Origin: Candidatus Cloacimonadales bacterium
GTDB taxonomy: Bacteria; Cloacimonadota; Cloacimonadia; Cloacimonadales; JAFGVF01
Direction of reading: 5' to 3'
Assembly (NCBI GenBank): GCA_963677495.2
Contig: CAXXOU010000001.1
Span: 384,001 to 448,000, forward strand
Length of the DNA: 64,000 nucleotides
The position numbers were made by a program, and so were the translations under genes. The notes under the pieces were generated by a model. The model was not told the origin of the DNA. It was given only the letters and a program-made list of their open reading frames with translations, and ran no database searches. Shown piece after piece: positions 1 through 9,970 of this stretch; the first letter of the stretch is position 1, and the number at the start of each line of letters is the position of its first letter.

Positions 1-251
1 CCGCCAAACCCGGATATGATAGCCATATAAAATCCCAGATCATATAGGATTCCCCGATTATGAGGTTCATAGATTCGTATAGTTGAGCTGAAAAACTCTA
101 GGATAAGGGCAAATGGTGCAATCCAACCATGCCAGACGCCCAAGAAGAAACCGGCAGGCTTATCGTCTTCCATTTTAGTACCTGCAAAGCATCCTGAAAG
201 CATTAACAACATAGATGCGAGTAAAAGTAATACAACAATCTTTCTTAACAT
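1..251 (-). CDS. Small membrane lipoprotein, 3' end truncated by window edge
   Basis: Not in ORF track. ATG at 251-249 preceded by GGAGAA; reads MLRKIVVLLLLASMLLMLSGC (lipobox) FAGTKMEDDKPAGFFLGVWHGWIAPF...YDLGFYMAIISGFGG, open to position 1. Confidence 0.8.
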   Translation of the reverse strand, partial: MLRKIVVLLLLASMLLMLSGCFAGTKMEDDKPAGFFLGVWHGWIAPFALILEFFSSTIRIYEPHNRGILYDLGFYMAIISGFG

Positions 252-380
252 TATTTTCTCCTTTATTAAATATGAGCAATGCTCTATCTTTTCTTTAAGA
301 TGACAAGATGCTGAGCAAACATTTTAATAGGTCAAGTGATTTATTGATTTGATTAAGCAAACACTGACCCAAGTCCGATA

Positions 381-470
381 CTTGACCACGCGTTGACCAC
401 GGGTAAACCGCGGGTTAACCACGGCTCCTGTAGTTTGGGCGTGGTTTACCCGTGGTTGATCCGTGGTTAA
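381..470. repeat. Palindromic array with 11-bp period (unit ~GTTAACCACGG, then its reverse complement)
   Basis: cttgaccacgc/gttgaccacgg/gtaaaccgcgg/gttaaccacgg then tgggcgtggtt/tacccgtggtt/gatccgtggtt; homologous inverted copy at 59673-59763. Confidence 0.85.
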
Positions 471-597
471 ATTTGTGTCATCAGGTAGATATCAGGCAAA
501 GATAATTGATTCAAAATTCAATGTCACAATAATAAGATTGACATTATTAGTATAGTTTGCCTAAGTAAATGATGTTGGACACATGATAGGAGAGTTA

Positions 598-1470
598 ATG
601 AGTAAACATAAAGGTAGAAATGCGATTATTTGGTTAGTGTTGCTATTAGCATTGGCTTATTATATATTGGATCCGGAGCCTGTGAATCAGGTTATAAAAC
701 GAGTTTGGAACGATGAGCAGGTGGAGGAACTTAAGGGATTAGCAAATGTTGCTTCCGAGTTTAAGCTTGCTGATGTTAAGCAAAGTGAGTATAAAAAATA
801 TCTTCTTCCAAAACATGATTCGGAGAAGGAAATAGTTAACCATTTTGCTTATACACTTCAGTACAACGAGAAGCATGAGCAAGCGGATTGGGTTGCATAT
901 TTACTGACAAAAGAGAAACTGGAAGGCAAGATAAAACGCAAAGATAACTTCCGTGCTGACAAATCAATTACATCAGGTTCTGCAAGTCTCAAAGACTATA
1001 AGCGTTCAGGATTTGACAGAGGACATCTAGCTCCTGCTGCAGATATGAAATGGTCTGAACAAGCAATGAGCGAATCATTTTTCATGAGCAATATGAGTCC
1101 ACAGAAACCACGTTTTAATAGAGGTGTTTGGAAAGATTTGGAAGCACAAGTTCGGGCTTGGGCTAAAAAGGAAAATGAAGTGTTTATTGTTACAGGACCA
1201 ATTCTTACTGATGAAGTCAAACATACGATTGGTGATAATAATGTAACTGTACCTAATCAATACTACAAAATTATCCTTGATATGCAGGAACCTGAGATTA
1301 AAGCCATCGGATTTGTCTTACCTAACAAAAAAGGTGATAAACCTCTTAATGATTATGCGATGAGTGTTGACGAGGTTGAAAAAATAACAGGTATCGACTT
1401 CTTTGAAAAACTACCGGATAAATATGAGAATAAAATTGAAAGTGAATACAATCCGGCATTGTGGTGGTAA
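598..1470 (+). CDS. DNA/RNA non-specific endonuclease (NucA/EndA beta-beta-alpha-Me family), N-terminal membrane anchor
   Basis: DRGHLAPAAD catalytic motif, SNMSPQ..FNRG.W..LE; RBS AGGAGAG before ATG 598 (ORF track starts at 583). Confidence 0.93.
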   Translation: MSKHKGRNAIIWLVLLLALAYYILDPEPVNQVIKRVWNDEQVEELKGLANVASEFKLADVKQSEYKKYLLPKHDSEKEIVNHFAYTLQYNEKHEQADWVAYLLTKEKLEGKIKRKDNFRADKSITSGSASLKDYKRSGFDRGHLAPAADMKWSEQAMSESFFMSNMSPQKPRFNRGVWKDLEAQVRAWAKKENEVFIVTGPILTDEVKHTIGDNNVTVPNQYYKIILDMQEPEIKAIGFVLPNKKGDKPLNDYAMSVDEVEKITGIDFFEKLPDKYENKIESEYNPALWW

Positions 1471-1471
1471 A

Positions 1472-2146
1472 ATGAAAAAAGCAATAATATTAACAAGTGG
1501 TGGTCTTGATAGTCTTGTGACTACAGCAATAGCAAAACAGGAGAATGATGAAATATATCTTCTTCATGTGAACTATGGACAGAAGACAGAGAAAAAAGAA
1601 CTGGAATGCTTTGAAATGATAGAGAAGCATTATAAACCTCAAGGTTCGCTAACGACAAGTATAGACTATTTGACTAAGATAGGTGGTTCAAGTTTAACAG
1701 ATGATAGTATGACTATCAATGATTTCAATGGAAGCGAGACCGTACCTAACACGTATGTTCCCTTTAGAAATGCCCATATGATCTGCATAGCTGTAAGCTG
1801 GGCAGAAGTAATCGGTGCTCAGAGTATTTATATTGGTGCTGTTGAAGAGGATAGCTCAGGTTATCCGGATTGTAGAGAAAGCTTTTATAACAGCTTCAAT
1901 GAAACTATTAAACAGGGCACTAAGAATGAGTTCACTATCGAATTAAAGACTCCAATCATTCATATGAATAAAGCTGAAATCATAGCTAAAGGTCAAGAGC
2001 TAGGAGCACCTTTCGAGATGAGTTGGAGCTGTTATCGCTCTGAAACAGAAGCATGTGGTAGGTGCGACAGTTGTGTTTTGAGACTTAGAGCATTTAAGAA
2101 AGCCGGAATAGAGGACCCGATACCATATAAAACGAGAGAAAAATGA
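1472..2146 (+). CDS. queC: 7-cyano-7-deazaguanine synthase
   Basis: SGGLDS PP-loop, TYVPFRN, YPDCR, SCY...CGRCDSCVLR; start moved to ATG 1472 directly after upstream stop. Confidence 0.95.
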   Translation: MKKAIILTSGGLDSLVTTAIAKQENDEIYLLHVNYGQKTEKKELECFEMIEKHYKPQGSLTTSIDYLTKIGGSSLTDDSMTINDFNGSETVPNTYVPFRNAHMICIAVSWAEVIGAQSIYIGAVEEDSSGYPDCRESFYNSFNETIKQGTKNEFTIELKTPIIHMNKAEIIAKGQELGAPFEMSWSCYRSETEACGRCDSCVLRLRAFKKAGIEDPIPYKTREK

Positions 2147-3267
2147 AAGACAATATTGTAGATTATTTTATGCAAATGGTTCGTATAGATAGCGAATCAG
2201 GCAATGAAAAGGAATTCGCGACATTTCTGACAGATGAGTTACTCCAACTTGGAGCGAAGCTTGAGATTGATGGGTTCAGTAATGGGGGAACAGAAGGCTC
2301 AGGAAACATTTGCGCATGCATTCCAGGTGATGTAGATATGGAGCCTATACTATTCTGTTGTCATATGGATACTGTAAAACCGGGAGTTGGCATTGAACCT
2401 GTGATAGAGAATGAGTACATTAGAAGTAGTGGAGATACAATTCTGGGTGGTGATGACAAATCAGGGATAGCACAACTACTTTTTGCCCTGAAAAACCTTA
2501 AGGAGAATAATGTCGCACTTCCACCAATAGAAATGCTTTTTACTGCTTGTGAAGAGATTGGATTACTCGGAGCAAAATATTTTGAGAGCTCCGTATTAAA
2601 AGCACGATTTGGATTTGCATTAGACTCAATGAAGATAGGACATATCGTAGTTGCAGCTCCTGCTCAGAATACAATCAAACTTATTTTCAACGGGAAAACT
2701 GCCCATGCAGGATTTGAACCAGAGAAAGGAGTTAGTGCTATAACATTAACTGCTAATGCAGTAAAAGACATGCAACTTGGTAGAATTGATCATGAAACCA
2801 CAGCTAATTTAGGTGTTATTTATGGGGGTAGAGCAAACAACATTATACCTGACTCAGTTTTTGTTACGGGAGAAGTGAGGTCACATTCAGAAGAGAAACT
2901 AGAACAATACACGAGAGAATTATTTTTAAAAGCTAATTCTACGGTGAATGGGACAGCTGAAGCTGGATTAGTAACAGATTCTGTGCGGGAGTATGACTCA
3001 TTTAATCTCAATCCAGAGTTACCTTTCCTACAGCTTGCTTCACAAGCGTTCAAAGAAATAGGTGTTGAGCCATCATTTGTAAAGGCTGGTGGGGGAAGCG
3101 ATGCGAACATACTTAATAAGGACAGTATTCAGGTTGCAGTAATTGGAACAGGAATGGATAAAGTACATACATGTAACGAACAGATATCAATCCGAGATTT
3201 GGAATTGGGTACTGTATGGATAGAAGAGTTTATAAACCTATATATTAGTAATAGAGGTGTAGTATGA
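2143..3267 (+). CDS. M20 family metallopeptidase (peptidase T-like, YqjE type)
   Basis: HMDTV, LGGDDKSG, EEIGLLG, GGGSDAN, VHT..E motifs. Confidence 0.9.
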   Translation: MKDNIVDYFMQMVRIDSESGNEKEFATFLTDELLQLGAKLEIDGFSNGGTEGSGNICACIPGDVDMEPILFCCHMDTVKPGVGIEPVIENEYIRSSGDTILGGDDKSGIAQLLFALKNLKENNVALPPIEMLFTACEEIGLLGAKYFESSVLKARFGFALDSMKIGHIVVAAPAQNTIKLIFNGKTAHAGFEPEKGVSAITLTANAVKDMQLGRIDHETTANLGVIYGGRANNIIPDSVFVTGEVRSHSEEKLEQYTRELFLKANSTVNGTAEAGLVTDSVREYDSFNLNPELPFLQLASQAFKEIGVEPSFVKAGGGSDANILNKDSIQVAVIGTGMDKVHTCNEQISIRDLELGTVWIEEFINLYISNRGVV

Positions 3268-4013
3268 TAAAAGTTGCTTTAATTGGATATGGAAAGATGG
3301 GTAAAATGCTAGAGCAGTTAGCTCCAGAATATGGTATGGAGGTTGTTTCAATTATTGATCCATATGTAAAAGGATGTTTTGAAGATATAAATGAGAGATC
3401 TCTAAAGGATTGTGACATCTGCATTGAATACACAACTCCTGCAACTGTTTTATACAATTGCGAAAAAGTCTCAGCTCAAGGTAAACCAATTGTTATTGGC
3501 ACAACAGGGCTTGAACCTCACTTAGAAAAGCTGGACCAAATTGCATCAAATAACAATATAGGGATAATTTACAGTTCAAACTTCAGTGTAGGCATGAACA
3601 TTTTCTTTAAAATAATTGAAAGTGCTGCAAAAAAGTTCTCAAATATTAAAGAGTATGATGCTTCAGGTTTAGAGATACATCACCGTCAAAAACTTGATAG
3701 TCCTTCAGGAACAGCTAAAAAACTTGCTTCAATTCTAGTAGAGAACCTAGACAGTAAAAGAACAATGCAATATGATAGAGTTAATCGAAAGATTAAAGAT
3801 AAAGAGCTTCATTTCGCTAGTATCAGATCAGGTCATAATATGGGGGAGCATAGTGTTATCTTCGATTCAGAAGCTGATGTGGTAAAGCTAACCCATTCAA
3901 TTAGAAGTAGAAAAGGTTTAGCATCAGGAACCTTGGTCGCAGCCAAATGGTTAATTGGAAAAACAGGATTGTTCAATTTCCAAGAAGTGTTTGAAGACAT
4001 AATCGGAGATTAA
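3264..4013 (+). CDS. dapB: 4-hydroxy-tetrahydrodipicolinate reductase
   Basis: GYGKMG, IGTTG, NFSVG, EIHHRQKLDSPSGTA. Confidence 0.95.
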   Translation: MIKVALIGYGKMGKMLEQLAPEYGMEVVSIIDPYVKGCFEDINERSLKDCDICIEYTTPATVLYNCEKVSAQGKPIVIGTTGLEPHLEKLDQIASNNNIGIIYSSNFSVGMNIFFKIIESAAKKFSNIKEYDASGLEIHHRQKLDSPSGTAKKLASILVENLDSKRTMQYDRVNRKIKDKELHFASIRSGHNMGEHSVIFDSEADVVKLTHSIRSRKGLASGTLVAAKWLIGKTGLFNFQEVFEDIIGD

Positions 4014-4793
4014 ATGAGAATACCATTCTTTAAAATGGAAGCCCAAGGTAATGATTATATTTATATCGACCAAGCAAAAGTTGGACTGGAACTTGATGAG
4101 CTTATTGATTTAAGCATTAGAATTTCAGACAGGCATTTTGGTATAGGTAGTGATGGACTTGTTACTTTTGAAGTATCAAAGATCGCAGATGTGAAAATGA
4201 GAATTTTCAATGCAGATGGTAGTGAAGCTGAGATGTGTGGTTCTGCTTTAAGATCACTTGTGAGCTATATTTGTAAAGAACGGGATGTTACCAAACTCAC
4301 TGTTGAGACAAATGCAGGAATAAAAGATGGGTTTATAAATGCGAATGGTTATGTTGAAGTAAATATGGGTAAGGTAAAAGTTGAAGATACTCAAATCAAT
4401 ATTGAGGATTATGCCGGATATTTTGCTGATGTTGGGAACCCACATTTCGTTACATTTGATCAAATTGACTATGCAACCTTTATTAGAATAGCTCCACTAA
4501 TGGAGACATTTCGTCTTGAAGGACGTAGTAGCAGAAATATTGAGTTTGTTAAGATAATAACACCCCAAAACGTAAAGGTTAACGTTTGGGAGCGAGGATC
4601 CGGGATTACCCTTGCATGTGGAACCGGTGCTACTGCAGTCATGGCTGTAGGTAGAAAATTAGGTTTACTAAAAAACGATGTTGAAGTTGGATTGCCCGGT
4701 GGAGTTGTAACTGTAAAATATAAAGAAGATATTGACAACTATTATCTATGTGGCAACGTAAACTACGTATTCGATGGGATATATTATTATTAA
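4014..4793 (+). CDS. dapF: Diaminopimelate epimerase
   Basis: GNDY, NADGSEAEMCG, GNPH, WERGSG.TLACGTG. Confidence 0.95.
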   Translation: MRIPFFKMEAQGNDYIYIDQAKVGLELDELIDLSIRISDRHFGIGSDGLVTFEVSKIADVKMRIFNADGSEAEMCGSALRSLVSYICKERDVTKLTVETNAGIKDGFINANGYVEVNMGKVKVEDTQINIEDYAGYFADVGNPHFVTFDQIDYATFIRIAPLMETFRLEGRSSRNIEFVKIITPQNVKVNVWERGSGITLACGTGATAVMAVGRKLGLLKNDVEVGLPGGVVTVKYKEDIDNYYLCGNVNYVFDGIYYY

Positions 4794-4810
4794 AAGGTCG
4801 GTTTGAGTAA

Positions 4811-5437
4811 ATGCAGAAAATTGGAACATATTTGAAGCAGAGTAGAGAAGCAAATGATTTAACTATCGAGGATATTCATAACCTAACAAGGATAAGAATT
4901 GATTATATTGAAGATATTGAATCAAACAGATTTAGTATACTTGACAACTATGGGATAGCAAGAGCTGTCGTTTATAATTATGGGAAGGCATTGAAAGCAA
5001 ATGAGAAAGAAGTTCTTTATACTTTTGATAATACATATCCTCATCCTAACCAACATGATTTTAAGCCTCAAGAAGATATAAAAGAGAAAAAGTTCCTTGT
5101 ATCATATAATTTGCTATATATAATCGGCATAAGTATTTTAGTAATTATCATAGCTATTTCATTAGTAAACATGTATCGAAAGGGTAGTTTAGGCTCCCCT
5201 TTTAGAAAGCAGCTTGTAAATCAAGAGGAGCCCTCACAAGTAGAGACTGAAGAAATTCCTATTCCTAAGGAAACACCTGAAAGTAAGAAACGAGAAATAA
5301 TGAAACAGCTAAAAGAGGGGAAAGAAACTGAGTCCGTATCAAAAGAGACCAGTCTAAGTGATGCACTTGCTGATGATAAAGATTATGCCAGTGAATTAAT
5401 TTTTAAAGACGATAAATCAGTTCTGAATACAGATTAG
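4811..5437 (+). CDS. RodZ-like HTH protein with single TM helix and short charged C-terminus
   Basis: IGTYLKQSRE..LTIEDI...TRIR..YIEDIE HTH_25 pattern followed by a hydrophobic segment. Confidence 0.75.
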   Translation: MQKIGTYLKQSREANDLTIEDIHNLTRIRIDYIEDIESNRFSILDNYGIARAVVYNYGKALKANEKEVLYTFDNTYPHPNQHDFKPQEDIKEKKFLVSYNLLYIIGISILVIIIAISLVNMYRKGSLGSPFRKQLVNQEEPSQVETEEIPIPKETPESKKREIMKQLKEGKETESVSKETSLSDALADDKDYASELIFKDDKSVLNTD

Positions 5438-5439
5438 CA

Positions 5440-8400
5440 ATGTCAGCTGAATTCTCCAATTTTCCTGCTTTAATCTACCTTCCTTATAAGAAGAGTTTAG
5501 AGAACACAATTCAAAGACGTGATTATCAAAGGTTATGTGTTGAGACTCTCCTCAGATTCTTATCTATCATATCAATTAGTGACTACTCCTACTTACATAA
5601 AAAGACAATCAATACACAGGAAAAACTCGAGGTTCCTAAAGGTATAGATCTATCTCAAATCTCACTTGGCAGATGGAATATGATAGCAAGAACTATCAGT
5701 AATATTCTTGCAGATAAGAGTTTTGTCCCAGAAATACGCAATTTGTACTCAGAATTAGACTCAGATTGGGAGCAACTCGTAAGTTCATATATCACAGCAA
5801 GAAATCATGATGCTCATAGTGGATTAATTCTTGATGAGACAGAGCTTGAGAAAGAGCTAGACAGAAGGCAGATGATAATCAGAGATATGCTTAATAGATG
5901 TGAATTCTTATGCAGATACAGGATTATCTTTCCTATCGAGACAATCTCAACAGCAGTTGGAGTTTCATATCGCGTAAAGACATTTACAAATGGATCATTA
6001 GTTGTTTCAACTATACAACAATCAGATAGTACACTAGACCTATTCAAGCCCTACCTTTATCAAAAGGAAACAGGCAAGTTTCTCTCTCTCTACCCAATGT
6101 TTATTCATCTTCCTAAAAGTGGGAATGATACAAGAGTTTTTGGTTACACTTATTATAAAACTGTTAACAGAAAGAAAGGTATCCTGCAATATATGAATAA
6201 TCAAGAGATTATTACCATTGCCAGGAATGATAAAAAGAGATATTCTTATCAACACTACTCAGTATCTGAAGATTTTTTCAACCTTAGGATGATTATTGAA
6301 GATGAATCATTGTTACAAGAAGTGACTCCATCGATTCAGATTAAGTATAAACTCAAAGATGACTTTATTACGAAAGAGGACAATACTAATTTAGAGATTA
6401 TTATTAAGAATAATGGTGACACAGTAGCTGAAGATATAAACTTTGAGATCAAGTTACCTATCTACTTTGAGTACCAAAGAGGTAGAACACTTATACTAAA
6501 GGATTCAGGTGATGACTATCACACTCTGGCATTCGAAGATATAGACTTAGAACCAAACAGTTCTTGGAAAACCCAGTTTGAAATTAATCCCACAAGAAGT
6601 GGGCAGTATGAGTTTCCACCTTTAAAACTTAATTACAGCTATACTGATGTCAGGGGTAACAACATCAAACCCGAACTTGATCAGGAAGGTAGTTCTTCAA
6701 ATACAGAATATTCAGATTCCCTATTCTGCACTGTTATTGATCCCACTGATGTATTTAGCATAATACCAGTTGTAAACATGTCAGTATCCATTGATTATGG
6801 ATTAAGTGCAACCGGTGTGAAACTTGACGAAGCTAGAATAGGTGAAGTGGTGAATCTGTCAGTAAACCTACAAAACACCGGCCTTGGTGTAGCTAAAAAT
6901 GTTGATTTTACAGTTTTCCTGCCTGAGGGAGTAGAGTTAAAGAATGGTAGTGAGACTTGGCATGGTAACCTTAACCCTCGTAGTAATGAGGAGATTACGT
7001 TTGAACTTGTTTTGAAAAAAGCCGGTATTCAGTACATAAGGTTTAGAGAGCTTGTTTACTATGATTATAAGGGTAAAGTCTACAGTACTTTCCATGGTGG
7101 ATACAAAGTACTTGTTAGAAACAATCCTATCTATGAGTTTAGGCAACTTCTTCAAACAGCCTGGGGTGACCTTGTCCTTGCTGATGAGGAGAATTTACAA
7201 CTACAATTAACAAAGCTTAAATACAAAGATGTGCCAGCTCTACATGGTCATAACATTGAAGAGATGGAGCGTGATGTAAAAGTTGAAGTAATCAAACATT
7301 TGATTAGGGAAACGGCTGAGCGTATGAAGATTAAGCTTGTTGAAAAAGTATTTAAAGAGGGCTTCGATCTATTTGCTATTTCTGAAATTAGTTGTCCTTT
7401 CGCTATTATACAATATTGGCAGGATGAAGTTAAAATATTCTTGCGTGGAGACTTTTCGCCATCTGAATATACCTTTGAGCGAATCGGTTTAAAACATCAA
7501 TTAAACTCGTTTGATTATGCAAAAATTGATGCCTTTTCTCCTTCAATCAACTCTGATAGGTTTAAGGGGATGGTCGGTAAATCTATCAGATGGATGCTAA
7601 GATATCAATATCCATTATATCTTTGTAAGCAGGTTACAGATAAAGTCATTGGTCTATATTCTGCAAATACAACAATTGATATTGAGGGAAACCTTGCAAT
7701 ATATAGAATTCATGGAGATTTGCCTTATAATTACAGTTATCCTTTTAAAAAAGCGTACTTCTGCTTAAATAAAAGAAAAGAACTTTGCATATTTGTCAGC
7801 ACCTCAGGCTTTTCGAAACTAACCAAAGATCTATTAGCAATAGATGATTATAGCTTTTATAGGTTTATTGATAAATATGTTGAGTTCCCATTTAAAAAAA
7901 GCGATAAGGAGAATGGGAAGTATTTACTTCTTCAAGCCAGAAAAGCTGTAACCATAGAAGAGGTAGAAGAATGTGTTATCACACTTCAACAGTTTGTACT
8001 AGATCTATTACAAATAAAAAGTCTTAGTCTTCGTCACCATATTTCATCCTTTACAGAACCACAAAAGCATAGTCTTAGGCACTTTGTCATGACTTATGAC
8101 AAGCTGTATAAAGAGCTAAGTGAAAGAGTTGTTTTCAGAGGTTGGTTCTTGCAATATAATAGAGATGAGAATCGAACACATGTCGACTTTTACACAATAA
8201 AGGCATTTCCTCTGTTTAAATCTGTTCAAAAGACTATAAGAATCACGGTCTCCCCTAAAAGATTATACATTCATTTCAGGGGATTAAGTGATAATGTCTT
8301 GAAAAAAAAGGGAATTAAAACTTCCTTAAGTAAAACAGCTCCATATCACTACAAGATGATACTATCAGCTAAAGTGCAAGAGATGCTTCCTGAAATTATA

Positions 8401-9186
8401 TTAAACAATCTTTTGATTAGTAGTATGAATATACAACCATTATCTGAACACTTATTGAAAATGATACTTGAAGAATCACGAATCTCGAGTTTCGATGTAT
8501 TTTTACAAACAATGTTGTTGATGCATAGAAAAGAAGATGAGATGACTTTTAGTAACATTAATTCGATATTGGAAGAACATGGTATATTCAGAACACCTCA
8601 AAAATTTATTAGTGTTAGCAACAGATACTTTTCTAGCTATCTCGTAGAGTCTCCTTTAAAATATAGTTATTCAGAAAGAACACTATCATTGAAAGAGGAC
8701 TATATACCGATGATAGAACATGTACTGAATAATTATCAACGTAAATTACCTTTAGGATTTGATGAATTTCACAAATTCAAAAGATTTATTCAAGCGCATT
8801 CAAAGAGAGAACTAAAGCTACAATACTTAGATAACCCTACTATTGCTAAGCTACACTTAAATACTGAACGTTTAAAGCCCTCCAGAAAACAACTACTTGA
8901 GATTGGTTTAATCAATGAATATGTAAAGATTGAATTCACATTAAATATCGACTACCCGTTCTCAAGAGATCTGCTTAGTAAGTATAATAGTTTGAAAAAT
9001 CAGCAGCGATTTAAAAATGTTTACTTTAAGAAAACATCCCGCAATATGAAGTTAGGTATTCAAGTTCCATACAAAAATGTGGAAAATCTAATCAGTAAAA
9101 ATTGGCAGAAAGGTTTCCAACAGATCTATAACCGATTGATTGATGCTATTGTCCCTGCTGAGAAAGAACTACTTCACTTAGATTAA
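5440..9186 (+). CDS. 1248-aa hypothetical multidomain protein: HEPN-like N-terminus, two DUF11/BatD-like Ig domains, TerB-like helical motif, unknown C-terminal half
   Basis: SLGRW...RNHDAH; IIIKNNGDTVAEDINFEIKLP and VNLQNTGLGVAKNVDFTVFLP repeats; AWGDLVLADEE motif; no signal peptide. ORF solid, domain calls tentative. Confidence 0.6.
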   Translation: MSAEFSNFPALIYLPYKKSLENTIQRRDYQRLCVETLLRFLSIISISDYSYLHKKTINTQEKLEVPKGIDLSQISLGRWNMIARTISNILADKSFVPEIRNLYSELDSDWEQLVSSYITARNHDAHSGLILDETELEKELDRRQMIIRDMLNRCEFLCRYRIIFPIETISTAVGVSYRVKTFTNGSLVVSTIQQSDSTLDLFKPYLYQKETGKFLSLYPMFIHLPKSGNDTRVFGYTYYKTVNRKKGILQYMNNQEIITIARNDKKRYSYQHYSVSEDFFNLRMIIEDESLLQEVTPSIQIKYKLKDDFITKEDNTNLEIIIKNNGDTVAEDINFEIKLPIYFEYQRGRTLILKDSGDDYHTLAFEDIDLEPNSSWKTQFEINPTRSGQYEFPPLKLNYSYTDVRGNNIKPELDQEGSSSNTEYSDSLFCTVIDPTDVFSIIPVVNMSVSIDYGLSATGVKLDEARIGEVVNLSVNLQNTGLGVAKNVDFTVFLPEGVELKNGSETWHGNLNPRSNEEITFELVLKKAGIQYIRFRELVYYDYKGKVYSTFHGGYKVLVRNNPIYEFRQLLQTAWGDLVLADEENLQLQLTKLKYKDVPALHGHNIEEMERDVKVEVIKHLIRETAERMKIKLVEKVFKEGFDLFAISEISCPFAIIQYWQDEVKIFLRGDFSPSEYTFERIGLKHQLNSFDYAKIDAFSPSINSDRFKGMVGKSIRWMLRYQYPLYLCKQVTDKVIGLYSANTTIDIEGNLAIYRIHGDLPYNYSYPFKKAYFCLNKRKELCIFVSTSGFSKLTKDLLAIDDYSFYRFIDKYVEFPFKKSDKENGKYLLLQARKAVTIEEVEECVITLQQFVLDLLQIKSLSLRHHISSFTEPQKHSLRHFVMTYDKLYKELSERVVFRGWFLQYNRDENRTHVDFYTIKAFPLFKSVQKTIRITVSPKRLYIHFRGLSDNVLKKKGIKTSLSKTAPYHYKMILSAKVQEMLPEIILNNLLISSMNIQPLSEHLLKMILEESRISSFDVFLQTMLLMHRKEDEMTFSNINSILEEHGIFRTPQKFISVSNRYFSSYLVESPLKYSYSERTLSLKEDYIPMIEHVLNNYQRKLPLGFDEFHKFKRFIQAHSKRELKLQYLDNPTIAKLHLNTERLKPSRKQLLEIGLINEYVKIEFTLNIDYPFSRDLLSKYNSLKNQQRFKNVYFKKTSRNMKLGIQVPYKNVENLISKNWQKGFQQIYNRLIDAIVPAEKELLHLD

Positions 9187-9202
9187 TATTTCCTTGATAC
9201 TC

Positions 9203-9961
9203 ATGAAATACTTACTTATTTTGTTTATTATTACTACAAGCTTTCTCTTTGCAGTTGAAGTCCCAAAAAGCTCAAATCCCTTTGCTCAGTTGAACATCGA
9301 CTTACCGCCTAAACATATTGCTCTGCTTTCGACCGGAATTTTACTACTATTAGTTGATGAACCGATTAGAGAGTTTGTACAGGAAAACAGCTCTGAAACT
9401 CTTGATAACGTTTCAGTTGTTTTCAAGCAGTTTGGCGAAGGACGATACCTATTCTCTTCTTATGCATTAATTGGTTCAATTGGGTACTTTGCAGGTTCAG
9501 AACATCTTTTTAAAACAGGAGTTTATGCTATGGGTGGTGCTTTAAGCGCACAAGTACCTATAAACTTACTCAAAATGGCAACTCAACGTAGAAGACCTGA
9601 CCATGATAAAGGTAGCTTCTGGTTTAGCAAAGCAAATTTCAGTACTGATACATCTTTTGTATCAGGGCATGCAGGGATGGCTTTTTCACTAGCAACAGTT
9701 TTATCTCATCAATATGCGAAAGATAAACCTTTACTGTCAGCTTGCTTCTATTCAGTAGCAACTGTTACAGCATTATCAAGAGTATATGATGACAAACATT
9801 GGGCCTCAGATGCATTTATAGGAAGCGCATTAGGCTATCTTATGACAAAATGGTTCATAAACTTTTATGAAAACAAGTTTGATAAAAAGAGCATATCACA
9901 AAAAAGATTTAGTCCATACCTTTCTGACGAAGGGTATATCGGGCTTACTTTAGATTTTTAG
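9203..9961 (+). CDS. PAP2 superfamily phosphatase with signal peptide
   Basis: K......RRRP, SFVSGHA, SRVYDDKHWASD motifs; ATG 9203 preferred to TTG 9194. Confidence 0.9.
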   Translation: MKYLLILFIITTSFLFAVEVPKSSNPFAQLNIDLPPKHIALLSTGILLLLVDEPIREFVQENSSETLDNVSVVFKQFGEGRYLFSSYALIGSIGYFAGSEHLFKTGVYAMGGALSAQVPINLLKMATQRRRPDHDKGSFWFSKANFSTDTSFVSGHAGMAFSLATVLSHQYAKDKPLLSACFYSVATVTALSRVYDDKHWASDAFIGSALGYLMTKWFINFYENKFDKKSISQKRFSPYLSDEGYIGLTLDF

Positions 9962-9970
9962 GGAGATTAT

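Noticed and set aside
381..470. CRISPR array interpretation of the short-period repeats (also 12134-12310, 59673-60397)
   Set aside because: No constant 23-47-bp repeat with unique spacers, and no cas genes
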